Below are positions 61,460 through 64,000 of a stretch of 64,000 bases of DNA, piece by piece. The stretch lies in assembly GCA_965153285.1 (NCBI GenBank), contig OZ229114.1. One strand, 5' to 3'. The stretch comes from Podarcis tiliguerta. Lineage: Eukaryota. Positions within the stretch are counted from its first letter, which is position 1. Every line of letters starts with the position of its first letter. The position numbers and the translations under genes were made by a program. The notes under the pieces are model-generated. The model searched no databases, was not told the origin of the DNA, and saw nothing but the letters and a program-made list of their open reading frames with translations.

Positions 61460-62559
61460 AAAGTCTTACACGTGTATGACCCGTTGAGCTCCTCTGGATT
61501 TGGAGCTGCTAAGTTGGAAAGTACTCTTTCATCAGCAGAATAAGTCTTTCTCCTAGCAGAAGCAAACCTTTGGTTCCAGCCCTGTGGCTAGGAATTCCAC
61601 TTGATATCATACTGTGATGACAGCACTGCTCTGCATTTCTCCTCTTTTGAAAGAGCTAGCTGGCCTGTTGTTTTCAAGATGCCAGTGAAGAAAGCAAAGG
61701 CCACTGTAGTTTTAGTTTTCCTCTTTTTTCCAATGTAGCAAGATTTAACATTTTGAACCTGGACAAACATCACAGGGATAGTATGGGTGAAAGAGGAAAA
61801 AAAGCAAAAGTCTAATTTCCCCCGTGAAGCCTCGTTTTTCCTTCATGACGCATGCCTTGCCAATATTTGAGCTGCCCTCTTCCATCGTCTCCCACAGCGC
61901 CTCCTACTCTGGCCTGATCCCTTTGTGGAAAAGTGTATTTGAATAAAATCCCCAGGCAAGTGGCATGGCATGACACTGGATTAATGTAGCCCAAAGGGGT
62001 TGGAGCTACATGACTTCAGATGATGGTGACTTCTGTGACATAAATTCTTCAGCAAGATCAGGTAAACCTGTCACTTTAGAGGAAACTTGGGGGTATTTAT
62101 CTTACAGCTATGACTAATCCATTGCACTGTGACTCACTCTGTGATGCGTCATCAGAAACCTCTCAGACTTTCTAGCGGTTCAGTTAACAAACCAATACAT
62201 TTTAAAAAATCAATTTTCTCAAGCTAATTGGATAGGTCGCCTTAGTACTCTGGTGAGCTGTATGTAATGAAACCGGAGGGTCAAAATGGCCAGAGTGCAG
62301 GTGGCATAAATCTGGGTCTGAACATGTGTGAGGTTGCATTATGGCACCTACCACATGGCAGCGGCAGCGGCAAAGAAAAGTTACTTTTCTACCACCATTG
62401 TGTCCACAAGTAGCCTTCTGGAAGAGCTTTCCCAAGTGGTGAATGGGCTTTTGTCCTCTGGCCAAGAGAGCATTGCTCTAACACCCTCAGCAGCACTTTA
62501 AGGACAAAATTGCCACAGTTAGAGCATGTCCAATGTTGCTTTCCACTGCATTGTCCACT

Positions 62560-63335
62560 CCATCTGTAGCAGACCAGTTTTGATTATTGAGGCTTGAAGG
62601 TGTTGACAAGCTGCTTGAAGAAGTGCAGCTGGCCACCTGCCCCTTGACTCATGCACATCTTGGCTTCTTAAAGTTAGCCCAGGGGGGTTGAGTGGGTCCA
62701 GAGAGTGATCAAGTGCTTCACTGGACTATGGGGAGGTACCATTTGCCTTGAAGGAGGGGTCCGTAATAGAACCTCCCTGGAACCAGAAATATTATACAAT
62801 TATTGCCCCGTGGCTACCACTCCCTCAGTGGCTAGAAGCACCTATCTCCAGCTACAGCTGGTTTCTCCAGCCTCTTTGCGTCAGAAATAAGGTAGCCCTG
62901 GTAGACATTGCTCTGGTAATTTCCAGATTGGATCATTGCAATGCAGTCACTTCACGCCAGTATTTAAACCCAAAATGTCTTCTAGACTCCAGATATCTGA
63001 GAGACCCTCTCAGATGTTGATAAGCCTGAGGGGCTGCCTTGGTAGTTCCACCTCCCTCAGAAATTCAGGGTGGTGGCGGCCCAGCAGATGGCATTCTGTG
63101 TGTCAGTCCCTCCCTAAGTTGCGGACTTCCCTTCCCACAGAGCTGCATCCATCACCTTCACTATACAGCTTTTGGGGAATACTGATGATGCACGTCTTTA
63201 CCCCATGTGCCTTTGTGTGTGTTTTTCAGGATGCACCCTATTCTTGTGATTGTAATTTGCTTCATATGTTTCCAACACTGAATTTAAATTGTTGTAACCT
63301 GCCTTGGCACTTGCTGGTGAAGGGTGATATTTGAA
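62560..63335 (+). mobile_element. decayed L2-clade LINE fragments
   Basis: Residual ORF2 motifs: ccacctgcccct-tgac (TCPLD-like) and ALVISRLDHCNA (cf. L2 SRLDYCN); L2-like 3' end ttgtaacctgccttgg...gggtgatat. Confidence 0.65.
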
Positions 63336-64000
63336 GCTGAGGAAACCCCAATCGCTATAACGTTGATGGGTAAGCCATCAATACTGAGCAGCGCTGTTTG
63401 GTGCTAGTAACAAAATAATTAATGTGTATAAATATACATGCCTTGTTAAGACCATATCTACTTTAATTAGCTACATTAAATAAACAAAATTGGAACATGA
63501 AATAATTATGTTTTGCTTCCGATATGAGCTTAACGATAATATTAATTGCCTTTCAGCTTGAAAGACACCCAAGGTGATAAACAACTCAGGGGAAAAAATA
63601 TGAAACACGAAGGCTGCATACTTATTTGATGTATATTGAACAACGCGGATCTTAATTCCAAGAAATCATGCATAGGATTTGTCTACCCACCACTGAGTCC
63701 CCTTTCCTCCGAGTCATTGTTTATGCACATATATTTTGTTGGGAGAAAAATTGTTCACTTAATACAGAGGATGTCAACAAGATGCCCTCCAGATGTTGGA
63801 GTACAATTCCCGCCGGCTTTTGCCTATGTGGCTAATGACTGGGGTGATAAAAGTTGTAGTCAGGCAACATCTGGTGGGAACCACATGGGCTATCCTTGGC
63901 CTAATACAACCCAAGTCTTAAGGAACCTTACTGAGCCAAAAATGTATCAACTATTTTGCAATTGCTGATCACGTCTAAAATACGAACTAACCATGAATTC

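Overview
Vertebrate genomic DNA, almost certainly a squamate and probably a lacertid lizard (inferred from Sauria/Squam1, Squam2-like, Squam3-like and tRNA-Lys/CR1-tail SINEs). It holds the conserved MXI1-SMNDC1 tail-to-tail gene pair. + strand: about 30 kb of a long MXI1 intron, the last three MXI1 coding exons (30108-30222, 32577-32748, 35227-35390) and its 3' UTR. The upstream SID and basic-region exons were not found and are presumably left of the window. - strand: the complete SMNDC1/SPF30 gene, with a non-coding exon 1 in a CpG island at about 54.3-55.3 kb and five coding exons totalling 717 nt (238 aa plus stop). The rest is intronic or intergenic, with SINEs, Tc1/mariner-pogo and hAT MITEs, L2/CR1 remnants, a solo LTR and microsatellites. 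Almost all ORFs in the supplied track are spurious. Best leads: (1) two candidate NMD-triggering cassette exons in SMNDC1 intron 2, one with its 5' splice site inside a long RNA stem-loop and starting with a perfect 20-nt palindrome; (2) a MITE whose ends match mammalian Tigger1 as I recall it, suggesting horizontal transfer; (3) divergent CTCF motifs bracketing SMNDC1; (4) bidirectional poly(A) signal clusters between the convergent genes. All calls were made by eye, with no database searches.
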